DNA of 64,000 bases from Candidatus Poseidoniales archaeon (GTDB taxonomy: Archaea; Thermoplasmatota; Poseidoniia; Poseidoniales; Poseidoniaceae): positions 2,910-66,909 of the forward strand of contig DUDM01000043.1 of the NCBI GenBank assembly GCA_012959275.1, in the 5' to 3' direction. The notes under the pieces are model-generated. The model was not told the origin of the DNA and did no database searches. It worked only from the letters and a program-made list of their open reading frames with translations. This document shows, piece after piece, positions 28,555 through 39,900 of this stretch; position 1 is the first letter of the stretch; every line of letters begins with the position of its first letter. A program made the translations under genes and the position numbers.

Positions 28555-29819
28555 GCGAAGATTTGTCAAGTTCAGAATTGCCCCAAACGGACTTGGCTCG
28601 CCGTTGGTATATTCCATACGAGATGGAATTGATGCGCCGAGGTGCCATCCTCGTCATCCTAATCTGCCTCCCTATGTTCTGGATAGCAAGCCTACGAGGT
28701 GATGGCTGGCAAACTATCGCAATGGGGTTAGCAGGTGGACTACTCGCTGTATGGGCATTGCAGCAAAAAAACCGAGATATCATGTTAGTCTCGTCTGCTC
28801 TGATACTATTTTCTGGATTGATGCAGGCATTTTTTGCTTTGGAGGTCAAAGTTGCAGCCATCGATGTATGGTATTCTACAATCACAGTCGCATTAGGTGG
28901 CGGTGGGTTATGGGTTCTCAGCAGCCCCCACATGTCGCGCTGGCTTTCTTCAAGGTTGGAACTCGAAGAAGCAGAACGAGGTCTTGCTCGAAATAATAAA
29001 TTATCACCCCGTTGGAAAGCAGCAACAACTCATGCAATCCTTCTTCACTTCGTAGTCATCGTTCTCGTGCCAATTATCTGGATAATAGACGTAGCATTCT
29101 CACCTGGCCAATCCGCATCTGGAGAATTGGGTATTTCAGACTGGACAATCACCCACTTTGATGCAGTTCTATCGGGCTCGGACTTCTGGACTTGGGGATT
29201 GAACTCCGTTATCGTCTCTATTGGCACAACCATGGTTGGTTTGATGTTAGCAATCCCAGCCGGCTATGCATTTTCTCGCTACAAATTCAGCGGTCATGGC
29301 ATCATGATGTTCAGTCTTCTACTTGTCCAGATGTTCCCTGGAATAATCATCCTCGTTCCATATTTTATGGTCATGAAAACTCTTGGCCTGCTCAATACAT
29401 CGCTAGGTCTAATCCTCGCTTATTCGGTAACGGCCCTGCCATTCTGCGTCTGGATGCTAAAGGGCTGGTTCGACACAATACCTCGTGAATTAGAAGAAGC
29501 CGCAGCCTTGGATGGATGCACAACTTTCTCCACCTTCTGGCGAATCATCCTTCCCCTCTCATTGCCAGCAATTGCGGTAACTGCCTTATTCTCATTTTTG
29601 GCAGCATGGAATGAATTCCTCTTGGCATTGGTCTTCAATACCGACTCCAGTATGTACACCTTACCGGTTGGCCTAGCCTCTTACATTTCTGAGGCAAGTG
29701 CAAGATGGGGGGACTTCGCTGCGATGTCGCTAATCGTCTCCTTGCCGGTAGTTTTGCTATTCATCTTCTTCCAGAAATCCCTAATTCAGGGACTGTCTTC
29801 AGGGAGCGTCAAAGGTTGA
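28551..29819 (+). CDS. malG: ABC sugar transporter permease (MalG-like) with extra N-terminal TM helices
   Basis: EAA loop ELEEAAALDGCTTFSTFWRIILPLSLPAIAVTALFSF. Translationally coupled to the upstream permease (ATGA overlap). Confidence 0.8.
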   Translation: MSEDLSSSELPQTDLARRWYIPYEMELMRRGAILVILICLPMFWIASLRGDGWQTIAMGLAGGLLAVWALQQKNRDIMLVSSALILFSGLMQAFFALEVKVAAIDVWYSTITVALGGGGLWVLSSPHMSRWLSSRLELEEAERGLARNNKLSPRWKAATTHAILLHFVVIVLVPIIWIIDVAFSPGQSASGELGISDWTITHFDAVLSGSDFWTWGLNSVIVSIGTTMVGLMLAIPAGYAFSRYKFSGHGIMMFSLLLVQMFPGIIILVPYFMVMKTLGLLNTSLGLILAYSVTALPFCVWMLKGWFDTIPRELEEAAALDGCTTFSTFWRIILPLSLPAIAVTALFSFLAAWNEFLLALVFNTDSSMYTLPVGLASYISEASARWGDFAAMSLIVSLPVVLLFIFFQKSLIQGLSSGSVKG

Positions 29820-29828
29820 GGTGAGAAT

Positions 29829-30899
29829 ATGAGTGGAGTATCATTTGAAGGAATACGCAAAGTCTACGATGATGGAACAGTGGCGGTCAAAGGACTAGAC
29901 CTTACGATAAAAGACGGCGAATTCCTAGTCTTAGTAGGGCCATCAGGTTGCGGTAAATCAACAACATTGAGAATGTTGGCAGGCCTAGAAGACCTAACAG
30001 AAGGCAGCATAAAAATCGGCGAAGCAACAGTGGACCACCTTCCAGCAAGAGCCCGTGGACTCGGCATGGTTTTCCAATCATACGCCCTATACCCGCACAT
30101 GTCGGTCCAAGATAACTTGACTTTTGGACTACGAATGTTAGCCAAAACTGAGCGCCCCGACCCCCCAGAAATGAAGCGAATGGTTCAGGAAACTGCTAGC
30201 ATGTTAGGCATCGATGATATCCTTGAAAAGCGACCGCGAGACCTCTCCGGAGGACAGCGACAAAGAGTAGCACTCGGTAGAGCCTTGATACGAAAACCAA
30301 AGGTCATTCTAATGGATGAGCCCCTCTCAAACTTAGATGCAAAACTACGTAATCAAATGCGCGTAGAATTGCGAAGACTGCACGATGAACTAGGTTTCAC
30401 CACTGTCTATGTAACTCACGACCAAGTGGAAGCGATGACCTTAGCAGACCGAATCGCAGTCATGAAGGACGGAGAATTACAACAACATTGCCCTCCCTTA
30501 GAGGCCTATCACCAACCAGCCAATACATTCGTTGCCTCATTCTTGGGCACCCCTGCGATGAACTTAATCGAAGGCCAAGCAGAAGCTGGAGTATTCACCA
30601 GTAATGGGCTCTCATTCCCACTTCCAGATCACTTAAGTGATTGCACAGGAAAGGGAACCTTTGGCATCAGGCCAGAAAACGTGAAGGTGCTAAAATCCAA
30701 CGCTATGGAAGCAGAAATACGCGGAGTCGAGCGACTTGGTTCAGAAAGCGTCTATCATCTAAATGTCGGAGGAACCGATATCAAAGCCCTCTGGCATCGT
30801 TCTGGTGAAGAGGCGTGGGATGCGGAGAAAGGTGGTTGGCCAGAAGAAAATATGTTCATTTCCTTCAATGACCCTTCAGCACTATGGTTTAGCGCATGA
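29829..30899 (+). CDS. malK: ABC transporter ATP-binding protein MalK/UgpC type with C-terminal TOBE/regulatory domain
   Basis: Walker A GPSGCGKST, signature LSGGQRQRVALGRAL, Walker B ILMDEPLSNLD, H-loop VTHDQ. C-terminal extension of about 120 aa as in MalK. Confidence 0.85.
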   Translation: MSGVSFEGIRKVYDDGTVAVKGLDLTIKDGEFLVLVGPSGCGKSTTLRMLAGLEDLTEGSIKIGEATVDHLPARARGLGMVFQSYALYPHMSVQDNLTFGLRMLAKTERPDPPEMKRMVQETASMLGIDDILEKRPRDLSGGQRQRVALGRALIRKPKVILMDEPLSNLDAKLRNQMRVELRRLHDELGFTTVYVTHDQVEAMTLADRIAVMKDGELQQHCPPLEAYHQPANTFVASFLGTPAMNLIEGQAEAGVFTSNGLSFPLPDHLSDCTGKGTFGIRPENVKVLKSNAMEAEIRGVERLGSESVYHLNVGGTDIKALWHRSGEEAWDAEKGGWPEENMFISFNDPSALWFSA

Positions 30900-30908
30900 G
30901 GTGATAAG

Positions 30909-33900
30909 ATGAGGAAAGCAGTGGTATTGGCATTCTTGCTATTATCCGTGTTACTGCCTATCTCAAATGCAGATTCAGACTTTCAAAGGCCGCGTTCTAC
31001 AAGCACAGAGTTCAGTTATTCGGGGGATGCAGAAGATGTCGTCCTACGCGGTGAATGGAATTGGATTGAAGAAACTCCTCTAAGCCTCAATAACGGAGTA
31101 TGGGGTGTTTCTCTTGAACTTCAAGAAGGGATGTACTGCTACAAGTTCGTGGTTGATGATGTTTGGATTTTGGACCCCCTAAACAGCGAAACAACTTGGT
31201 GTGATGGCTTTGAGAATTCTCTAATCAGAATTGATGATAAAACAAAACCCAAACTCTCAGTAGAATCTCTCTCAATTGATAATAACTCGTTTTCAGCCAG
31301 CATTCTCTATTCTGGTTCAACACCAGACCAAGTCATTGCCACCTTAGACAAGGGAAGCGGCGGCATCTCCAGCACTTGGAATCTAGCAGATTGGAGTCTT
31401 GATATCAGCGCCAATAATCTTCAAGACGGGAAATACCGAATCAGAGTATCAGCCAGCGATGGGGAGCAAAATCAGGCAGAGGACCTCCTCCTTCCCTTTT
31501 GGATTGAAGAACAAAAATTCCAGTGGGATGATGCAGTCATCTACATGATAATGACCGACCGCTACATCAATGCCAATACCTCGAATGACCCAGCACCACT
31601 TTCTGGTGCCGCCAATGGCGGTGATTGGCTTGGCGGGGACATCGAAGGCATAACATCAAACCTCGATAATCTGCAAGAACTTGGCATCAACACATTGTGG
31701 TTAAGCCCACTTAATCAAGGGCCAAGCCATTTGGAAATAGCAGGAGATGGAGAGCATCAAGTCGCAGGCTACCACGGCTATTGGCCGGTTCAACCTAGAA
31801 CGATCGACAGCCGCCTTGGAGACGAAGCCCAACTAAACACTCTTGTCGATGCAGCACATAGTAGGGGCATCAGAGTGATGGCAGACATGGTTTTGAACCA
31901 TGTTCACGAAGACCATCCTTACTATACAGATAATCCGCAATGGTTCAACCAAGGTTGCCTATGTGGAAGCAGTGATTGCGATTGGACAGAGCGCCGCCTT
32001 GACTGCTTATTCATGCCATACATGCCCGATATCGATTGGCGCAACCGCAATGCCAGCGAGCAATTCATCAGCGATGCAATTTGGTGGGCGGAGCAGTTTA
32101 ATTTCGATGGCATGCGCCTTGATGCAGTCAAGCACGTTGATGATAACGCCATCAATAATATCGCAGCCCGAATATCTGAAAAATTTGAAGCAAGCGGACT
32201 GCGATTCTATCTCAAAGGTGAGACTGCAATGGGTTGGGTTGACGGCAGCGTAGCCGATAACCGAGAACAATATGATACCATCAATCGTTACATGGGCGAA
32301 GGGGGGTTAGATGGTCAAGCGGATTTTGTCCTATATCATGCGGTTGTGGATAATGTCCTTACAAGTGCTAACAAAGGGCTGATTCATCTCGATTATTGGA
32401 CCAAGCAAAGCCAAGAAGAATTCACAGAAGGCTCCATCATGGTTCCTTACATCGGCAGTCATGATGTACCGCGATTCATTTCGCGAGCAGACCCTGATGC
32501 AAACGGCGTTTGGAATCAATGGCAAGATTTGCCAACCAACACAACCAACAACACAGCATTTCAACGCTGGGAAATGGCGATGGCTTGGCTCCTAACAATT
32601 CCAGGTGCACCACTAATCTATGCTGGAGATGAGCATGCTATGGTTGGGGGAGCCGACCCTGATAATCGTAGAATGTTTGATGAATCAGCAAGGGATTCAG
32701 ACTGGGTACAATACTTTGCAAAAGCCAGAGCAGAACTTGAACCCTTGAGGAGAGGAGAATACGTTCAACTAACTGCCGAAGAGGATATCATGGCTTTTGC
32801 AAGACAAAGTGAGGAAGAGCATGTAGTAGTGGTGCTGAATCGCGGTGGCAATAGCATCAATCTATCCGCTCATCAATGGTTGGGCAATATGAGTAATTAT
32901 CTCGGCGAGATAGAATGGAATGGCGGAGTTATCGAGATGGATGGAGTTTCAGCTGCAATCTTCGTTCAAACTAAGCAAGCACCTTGTCCGCCACTAACTC
33001 TACAAGTGGAAAATACAACTGGAGAATTAGCAGATGCCCTACCAAAGGAAATCGATGTTTTTGGAATAAAACTGCTCGCTACAAGTGGGGTTATGGACGA
33101 TACATTATTGCATGCAGCGGGTATAATGGCAGGTTATCTCGACAATGATGGCGATGGTAAGCCAGATGACCAATCGGTGGTAGATGCAATGGTGGCAGCA
33201 AATGCCATGATGTTCATTCCCCGCAATGAAAATGAAATGGAGCAACTATTCGATATAATTCCAGAATCATTCCTCATCAAGGTGGATTCAGGAGAATACC
33301 AAGTCCAAGACTTGTTTGAAGATGAAATCAGGCCTGGTGGAAAGTCAGGTATGGGCTTTGATGCAAGCCTTGAGGAAGTGTTGCATCTCATCACCCACGT
33401 TGGATATGTCAATGCATACCCTGCTGTTTTCTCCGAGATGACGGGCAGTGAATTGACCAATGCGATGGACCTTGCCAGAGGTGGGCACTTTGAGGAAGAC
33501 GATGCATCATCTTGCGAGGATGACGAAGGGCAATGTGCAATTCCTGTTCAAGGTTATCCACAAACAGCATGGTATCATTATGAGGACCCTACCTGTGATT
33601 ATGCTTGTATGGCCACAGAATACCTCTACTGGGGATTAACAACATACATGGGAGTTCAAAGCGAGAGATGTGAATGGATATCAGAAGAATGGGAGGCGTG
33701 TACGCGCTATCAATTATCTGTGATGGATGAGGGGATGTTTTCATTGATTGAGCAGAGCACTTTGCCCAGAATAGCCCCTGATGGTGAAGTTTGTGATTCA
33801 ATTGTAGGGGATAACCATACACTTCCTGAAGAGAATAATACCACTTCAGAAGAGAATAATACCAACCCTGAGGATAATACTACTGTGCCTGTTGACAATA

Positions 33901-34037
33901 ATACAGGCAATGGGACTTCGGTTGAGGTTGAAAGTAAGTCAAGTGGCTTGATGGCGGAAAGTGCGAAATGGGTATTGTTAGGTTTGATTGGAATTGTTGT
34001 TGGGGCCTTAGTTTTCACTTCAAGACGAAGAGAATGA
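30909..34037 (+). CDS. Extracellular membrane-anchored GH13 alpha-amylase-family glycoside hydrolase with N-terminal CBM48/E-set starch-binding-like domain (1042 aa)
   Basis: Signal peptide MRKAVVLAFLLLSVLLPISNA. CBM48-like VLRGEWNWIE...GMYCYKFVVDDVWILDPLN. GH13 conserved regions: I GIRVMADMVLNHV, II GMRLDAVKHV, III YLKGETAMGW, IV YIGSHDVP. C-terminal TM helix WVLLGLIGIVVGALVFTS followed by RRRE. Confidence 0.85.
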   Translation: MRKAVVLAFLLLSVLLPISNADSDFQRPRSTSTEFSYSGDAEDVVLRGEWNWIEETPLSLNNGVWGVSLELQEGMYCYKFVVDDVWILDPLNSETTWCDGFENSLIRIDDKTKPKLSVESLSIDNNSFSASILYSGSTPDQVIATLDKGSGGISSTWNLADWSLDISANNLQDGKYRIRVSASDGEQNQAEDLLLPFWIEEQKFQWDDAVIYMIMTDRYINANTSNDPAPLSGAANGGDWLGGDIEGITSNLDNLQELGINTLWLSPLNQGPSHLEIAGDGEHQVAGYHGYWPVQPRTIDSRLGDEAQLNTLVDAAHSRGIRVMADMVLNHVHEDHPYYTDNPQWFNQGCLCGSSDCDWTERRLDCLFMPYMPDIDWRNRNASEQFISDAIWWAEQFNFDGMRLDAVKHVDDNAINNIAARISEKFEASGLRFYLKGETAMGWVDGSVADNREQYDTINRYMGEGGLDGQADFVLYHAVVDNVLTSANKGLIHLDYWTKQSQEEFTEGSIMVPYIGSHDVPRFISRADPDANGVWNQWQDLPTNTTNNTAFQRWEMAMAWLLTIPGAPLIYAGDEHAMVGGADPDNRRMFDESARDSDWVQYFAKARAELEPLRRGEYVQLTAEEDIMAFARQSEEEHVVVVLNRGGNSINLSAHQWLGNMSNYLGEIEWNGGVIEMDGVSAAIFVQTKQAPCPPLTLQVENTTGELADALPKEIDVFGIKLLATSGVMDDTLLHAAGIMAGYLDNDGDGKPDDQSVVDAMVAANAMMFIPRNENEMEQLFDIIPESFLIKVDSGEYQVQDLFEDEIRPGGKSGMGFDASLEEVLHLITHVGYVNAYPAVFSEMTGSELTNAMDLARGGHFEEDDASSCEDDEGQCAIPVQGYPQTAWYHYEDPTCDYACMATEYLYWGLTTYMGVQSERCEWISEEWEACTRYQLSVMDEGMFSLIEQSTLPRIAPDGEVCDSIVGDNHTLPEENNTTSEENNTNPEDNTTVPVDNNTGNGTSVEVESKSSGLMAESAKWVLLGLIGIVVGALVFTSRRRE

Positions 34038-35657
34038 GCGGTAAATTCGAACATACTCATCCAACATCCTAGCAGCAGTAAAACGCGCACTGGTCGAAAT
34101 AGCAGCCCTGCAAAATCCCCCCCATCTTTCATCCCCAGAATCCCACGCCGGTAGCACCTCATTTTCCAAAGAATCAAGCAAATCACGATTATCACGCTCG
34201 TCATCACGATCATCATCATTATTTCCTACAGCCCAACCATTTACCCCATGCTGACATCCTTCAGGCCACCAACCATCGAGAATAGAACAATTTGGAACCC
34301 CATTCATTACGGCCTTCATTCCACTAGTGCCACTCGCTTCCATCGGCCGCACGGGGTTATTCATCCAGACATCGACTCCACTGGTCATCGCTAAGCCTGT
34401 AGCCATTGAATAATCTTCAAGGAATACTACGGGAATGTCATCACCAAGTTTCTTTGCTGCAGCGTGGATATTACGAATCAGAGTCTTACCGCCCTCATCT
34501 TTTGGATGGGCCTTGCCGGCGAATACGAATTGCATTCTTCCTGTTCCTATCTGTCTTAATCTCTCAAGGTCATGGAATACCAAATCCGCTCGCTTGTAGG
34601 TGGCAAAGCGTCGAGCAAAGCCGATTGTCAATCTATCTTCGTGTAGTTCCACTCCACTCATCGATTGTACAATGTCGCGTAGGATGGCGCGCGATTTACT
34701 CCTTGCCACTACTAACTCAGGGGTTGGAATACGTCCAGCATGTGAGAGTAGTAAGGGGTCCTTTCGCCATCCTGCTATCTGTTCATCATAGAGTTCAGCC
34801 ATCGGCCCTGAAGTCCATGTAATGTGATGGGCTCCATTTGTGATCGGTTGAATATGATGCTCAGGAAACATCCCACTGGCAACATGGGCGTTGAGATTTG
34901 ATACTGCGTTTGCAGAGCCGCATAGGCTGATGGCGAGATGGCTCATCGATGCCCTATCAAGGCCTGCTAATTGTTGAGCATCGTCTGGTAGGAGTTTTCC
35001 AAGGACAACCTTCATCTCCTGCCAACTGAACCTATCGTGGCCGGCTGGAACAGGGGTATGAGTGGTGAATAGACTTCTATCCTTCAGTTCTTCTCTTGTC
35101 CATCCTTGGTCTAGCATTTCCAAGGCAGCAAAGGCACAATGTCCTTCGTTAAGATGGATTCCTTGTAGTGGCCAAACTCCCAATGCCTTGAGAGCCCTGA
35201 TACCACCTACTCCGAGCAGGTATTCTTGGCGGATGCGTGTGGAGTCATCGCCACCATAGAGGCGTTGAGCAAGGGTGGCATGTTCGGGAGAGTTATCGGG
35301 ATGTTGAGTGTCGAGGAATAGTACTTCTACGCTTTTTCCTGTAACTCCTGTTATGGTTTTCTTCCAGATTCTTGAATGCAGTTTTCGGCCATCAAGGTCA
35401 AGTGCCATGTCAATTCCAGTGTCGACCAAGAATTCCTTCGGCTCAAATTCGGGATAAGTTTCGCTCTGAATTCCATCTTCGTCTAAGTGCTGTCTTCCAT
35501 AGCCTTGGCGATAGAGCAATGTGATGGCTATGAAGTCCAAACCGGCATCTGCTGCTGCCTTGACGTGGTCGCCTGCTAATACTCCTAATCCACCTGAATA
35601 GGTAGGAAGCCGCGACTCCAAACCAATCTCCGCCGAGAAGTAAGCAATAGTGGCCAT
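34020..35657 (-). CDS. glgP: Alpha-glucan (maltodextrin/glycogen) phosphorylase, short archaeal GT35 type
   Basis: N-terminal MATIAYFSAEIGLESRLPTYSGGLGVLAGDHVKAAADAGLDFIAITLLYRQGYGRQ is the canonical alpha-glucan phosphorylase start. PLP-lysine region EASGTSGMKAVMNGV. 545 aa. Confidence 0.85.
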   Translation of the reverse strand: MATIAYFSAEIGLESRLPTYSGGLGVLAGDHVKAAADAGLDFIAITLLYRQGYGRQHLDEDGIQSETYPEFEPKEFLVDTGIDMALDLDGRKLHSRIWKKTITGVTGKSVEVLFLDTQHPDNSPEHATLAQRLYGGDDSTRIRQEYLLGVGGIRALKALGVWPLQGIHLNEGHCAFAALEMLDQGWTREELKDRSLFTTHTPVPAGHDRFSWQEMKVVLGKLLPDDAQQLAGLDRASMSHLAISLCGSANAVSNLNAHVASGMFPEHHIQPITNGAHHITWTSGPMAELYDEQIAGWRKDPLLLSHAGRIPTPELVVARSKSRAILRDIVQSMSGVELHEDRLTIGFARRFATYKRADLVFHDLERLRQIGTGRMQFVFAGKAHPKDEGGKTLIRNIHAAAKKLGDDIPVVFLEDYSMATGLAMTSGVDVWMNNPVRPMEASGTSGMKAVMNGVPNCSILDGWWPEGCQHGVNGWAVGNNDDDRDDERDNRDLLDSLENEVLPAWDSGDERWGGFCRAAISTSARFTAARMLDEYVRIYRSFSSS

Positions 35658-35681
35658 GCCTTTGCCGCTCTCCCATTATGC

Positions 35682-36929
35682 CTATGATGATGACGACGGT
35701 GGACTCAGATTGAATGAAGGCAAGTCTTGCCATTGGAATTGCCATTTCCAGTTTCCAAATGTTGTTCCTGGGACATTCATTCTTGCGCTTGTGCCCAATT
35801 CCATGATGTCTTGGAGGGGAATTATTGCCATTCCTGAATTGCAGTTGAGTGCTATGTTGATTAGAGTCTGACAAACAGATTTACCTTCCATTATTGAGAA
35901 TTCCTTTGGGGGAGAAATCCCCCAACTGGCGGTTGTATCATTATCGTGGGTGCCTGTATAGACCACTTGGTCTGCTTGGATATTATTTGGCCGGTTGGAG
36001 TTTTCGGGACTTCCTTCGAAGCCAAATTGCAGAACTGCCATGCCTTCGAGTTGGTGGCGCTTGCGTAATTCAATGACGGCAGGGGGGATTATTCCGAGGT
36101 CTTCAGCAATGATGCAGCGTGGACTTTTGGCAATATCGAGGAGTTGTTCTAACAATTCGTCTTTAGGGCCTTCTTGCCATTGGCCGTGCCTAGCGTTCTC
36201 GTCATCAGCCGGAATAGCCCATGCTGAATCAAACCCACGAAAGTGATCTATTCTGACGATATCGAATTGTCTCAGTAATCTTGCCATTCGTTGGCGCCAC
36301 CATTGCCAGCCCTCGGCTCTATGGGCATCCCAATCATAGAGTACAGTCCCCCATTTTTGTCCCTCTTCGCTGAAGTAATCAGGTGGCACTCCAGCCACTA
36401 CTGTTGGCATTCCATTTGCATCCAATTGGAATAATTCTCGGTGTGCCCAGACATCGGCTGAATCATGGGCGATGTAGAGGGGTAGGTCTCCAATCAGGCT
36501 GATTCCTTTGCTGGTCGCATATTGGCGTAGTTGATTCCATCGGTAGTTGAATTGTCTTTGGCAATCCGTGTTGATAATGACTTTGGAGAGTGTGGCTGGT
36601 TCACGTTCACGAAGTTCTGTCGGCCATTCGTACCATGGCGCCCCGCCCTGTTGCTTTTTGATGGCCTCATATAATGCCCAATCATCAAGCCAATATTCAT
36701 CTTCATCTGAAGTATCTAGTTGGCAATCGGATTGATTCAATTCGCACCATGCGGCAAATGCGGAGGGCGAAGAATAGGGGGAATTATGCTCATCTGGCGG
36801 GGTAATGGGGAGCATTTGCCAAACTGTTGCTCCTGATTTTGCGAGGATGTCGATGAATTGTTCTGCATCGTCGAGGTTGCCTGATGGTAATGAGGTGAGG
36901 TGACAGAGCACTCCCGTATACTGCACCAT
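35682..36929 (-). CDS. malQ: 4-alpha-glucanotransferase (amylomaltase, GH77)
   Basis: YTGVLCHLTSLPSG...WQMLPITPPDEHNSPYSSPSAFAAWCELN and downstream GH77 blocks (LIGDLPLYIAHDSADVW, DHFRGFDSAWAIP). Start placed at the internal ATG (MVQYTGVL...) because the 48-codon upstream extension of the ORF track overlaps the GH57 gene start. Confidence 0.8.
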   Translation of the reverse strand: MVQYTGVLCHLTSLPSGNLDDAEQFIDILAKSGATVWQMLPITPPDEHNSPYSSPSAFAAWCELNQSDCQLDTSDEDEYWLDDWALYEAIKKQQGGAPWYEWPTELREREPATLSKVIINTDCQRQFNYRWNQLRQYATSKGISLIGDLPLYIAHDSADVWAHRELFQLDANGMPTVVAGVPPDYFSEEGQKWGTVLYDWDAHRAEGWQWWRQRMARLLRQFDIVRIDHFRGFDSAWAIPADDENARHGQWQEGPKDELLEQLLDIAKSPRCIIAEDLGIIPPAVIELRKRHQLEGMAVLQFGFEGSPENSNRPNNIQADQVVYTGTHDNDTTASWGISPPKEFSIMEGKSVCQTLINIALNCNSGMAIIPLQDIMELGTSARMNVPGTTFGNWKWQFQWQDLPSFNLSPPSSSS

Positions 36930-36979
36930 GTTGCTGCGTGGCAGGCGAAAACCTTTGACATTGTGACAGCAGCGCATGT

Positions 36980-39900
36980 TTGATGCGTGGAGTTGCCCTG
37001 CTGATTTGCAGCATTCTAGTTTTGACTCCTTGGACCTCTTTAGTCGCCGCTGACAAGGATATTGACGGCTCATTAGATGATTGGGATGCTACAACCTTGA
37101 TGGCAACAGATTCCAATGAAGTTTCCTTCTTTATGGATTGGAATGCAAGCCATCTTTCCTTTGCTTGGAATAATACAGATTGGTCAAATTTGTCTTCAGG
37201 TGCTGATTTATTCATCTATCTCAATACTACTGAAAATGGTGCTGCGATGTCTAAGGATTGGGGTTTTGCTCATGTACTTCCTTTTGCTGCTGATTATGCT
37301 TTTATTTTGGAAGACATGAATTATTTCAGGTTGATTCAATGGAATGGCACTGGATGGGAAGATGGCGAGCAAGGTGGAATCAACGCATATATTGCCAATG
37401 ATGGCGAAAAGAAGAGTGAAATTAGCATTCCTCTCACTTCACTTTCTTCACCTAATGAATTTGGAGTATTATCATGGGCCCAAAATCAAGGCGAGGGGAA
37501 AGTATGGACTTCATTCCCTCCTCAAAACCCAGCCTTTCAAAACGCAGCAGAGACCTTTACCCATTATTACCAAGTCAACTTGAGTAATGCCACAAACCCT
37601 TCAGATTCACCCGTCTATGAAGATGAAAGGACAAGCGTAAAAGTGGATAATCCGCTTAATTTGGCCCTAGTTTTCCACCAGCATCAACCATATTACCGAA
37701 ACATGCTGACTGGAATGTATGAGATGCCTTGGGTCAGAGTCCATTCGATGACCGAATACGTGGACAGTCCTGGGATTTTGGCAAAATATCCAGATACAAA
37801 AATCGTCTATAATTTAGTCCCTTCTTTGATGGAACAGATGATTGACTACAACCAAAATGAAACTCTTGATATTCATACCGATTGGGCGAGGAGGACTTGG
37901 CCTGTTGATGAAGATGGCATGGTTACTGGTTATCCTGAAATGACTGAATATGAAATGCACAATATGCAGTTCCAATCTTTTTGGAATAGTGGTTGGATTT
38001 ACAATGTTAGCCAAGATGATGAGGAAAATGGTTGGCTATACCCTGCTTCGCTTGCCTACAAGGGATTCCAAGACAGAACTCTTCACAATCTAAAGCCGGC
38101 TACTATCATGAATGATGAACTGCTTCCTCCTCAAGATTTGTTGGACTTACAAGTTCTGTGGTTGCTTTTCCAGATTTCTCCTGATTATGTAAGGGGAGAT
38201 TATGCAGATGTGGGAGACCCTGAAGCAGATGGACGCAGCCCTCATTTTAATCAGTCTATAATCGACCTCTTCATACAGGGAAGTGGCTTCAAACCAACAG
38301 ACATCCTGATGGTGCTCGATTATCAACACGACCAGATGGGTAATGTTCTGCCGATGTATTCTGACTTAGCCGCCAGTGGTCAAGTTGAATTGACTACTAC
38401 TCCGTATTACCATCCAATAATGCCACTATTGATGAAAGATGGTTGGACAATGGAAGATGGGATTACAGTTCGCAAAGAGGCTTGGCCTGATGATACTGCA
38501 AAGCAATTAACGCGGGGTATGGATTTATTTGAATCTCAAATGGGCTTTCGCCCCGTAGGGATGTGGCCCAGCGAGCAATCTACTTCGCCTGCAATGATTC
38601 AGCCTGTGGTCGATGTTGGAGTCGAATGGTTCGTTAGCGATGAGGAAAACCTCGGCCGCTCATTTTTGGCTGACGGTAGCCATCCCGATACCGATGATGC
38701 TTCTGTCCTTACTTCTCCTTGGAGAGTTACTGGTGCTGATGGTGGAGAAGTTTCGGCATTCTTCCGGGACCGAGTAATTTCAGATAGAATCGCCTTCCAA
38801 TATGGTACAATGACGCCTGAGGCTGCGGTTACCGATTTCCTCTCCTATCTCGATGGTATTCGAGATGAACTTGTCGCTGCAGGCGAGGACCCAAGCGAAC
38901 ACATCATCACGGTTGCATTGGATGGTGAGAACTGGATGTTCATGTCGGAGTTTCAGCATCATGACAATGCAAGGCCATTCATGGAAGAATGGTATTCACG
39001 CCTTTCAAGCCATCCAACAATCCAGACCATGACGCCTGCAGAATTTTTGGATAACAACAATGTCTCTCGCGATATCGATGTCATCAATACCGGTTCATGG
39101 ATTGATGGAACCCTCTCTACTTGGGCAGGCGAAGAAGAAGAATCCCTTGCTTGGATAAGGCTTGTTGAAGCCCGCAAAGCATTGGTGGAATTTGAAGCAG
39201 CAAATCCAGGTCATAGCGGCCTTGAATCCGCTTGGGAATCATTGTATATCTCTGAAGGCAGCGATTGGTATTGGTGGTATGGTCTTGACCAAGATAGCGG
39301 TTATGATGAGTTATGGGATACTCTCTTCAAAGTACACCTCTCCAATATCTATCGGGCAGTTGACCTTGATTTACCACCCTACCTTCTCGATTTGTGGACC
39401 AATCCGGCAACCCCTGAAGAATCTGCAAATGCTATTATCGAGCCGATGATCGACGGCATTGCCTTGGCTGGGGAATGGGATGGCGCAGCCATCTATGATG
39501 CTTCATCTATCGATGGCGGCGACCTTGACATCAGCAAATTCTACCTCGGTTATGATTCAAGTAATGTCCATATTAGAGTTGACCTTGCCAATGCTACTCC
39601 TGCCGAAATAGATACTTGGAGCGATAAAAACGTCGACCTCTCCATTTACTTCATGCAATCCAACGCCATTAATTTTAATGAGGTCGAGACTAATTTCAGA
39701 ACATATTATGGCAATGAAATTCTTGGCTTCCCAGCCAAATACATGGTCTCATTTGATTTCTCTGAACTACGTGATGATGGGCGGGCCAAATGGAATCTAT
39801 TCGAAGCCAAGGGCAAGGTCGGCGAAAAGGAAAAGTGGAATCTAATCGCCACTTCAAATCTTGGCGCTTGCGCCGCAAAAGATGTCTATGAATTCAGCAT

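Noticed and set aside
35682-37073. Long version of the amylomaltase ORF with a 48-codon N-terminal extension
   Set aside because: The extension (Cys/Arg-rich, no homology) overlaps the divergent GH57 gene start by about 95 nt. The conserved GH77 N-terminus begins at the internal Met (36929).
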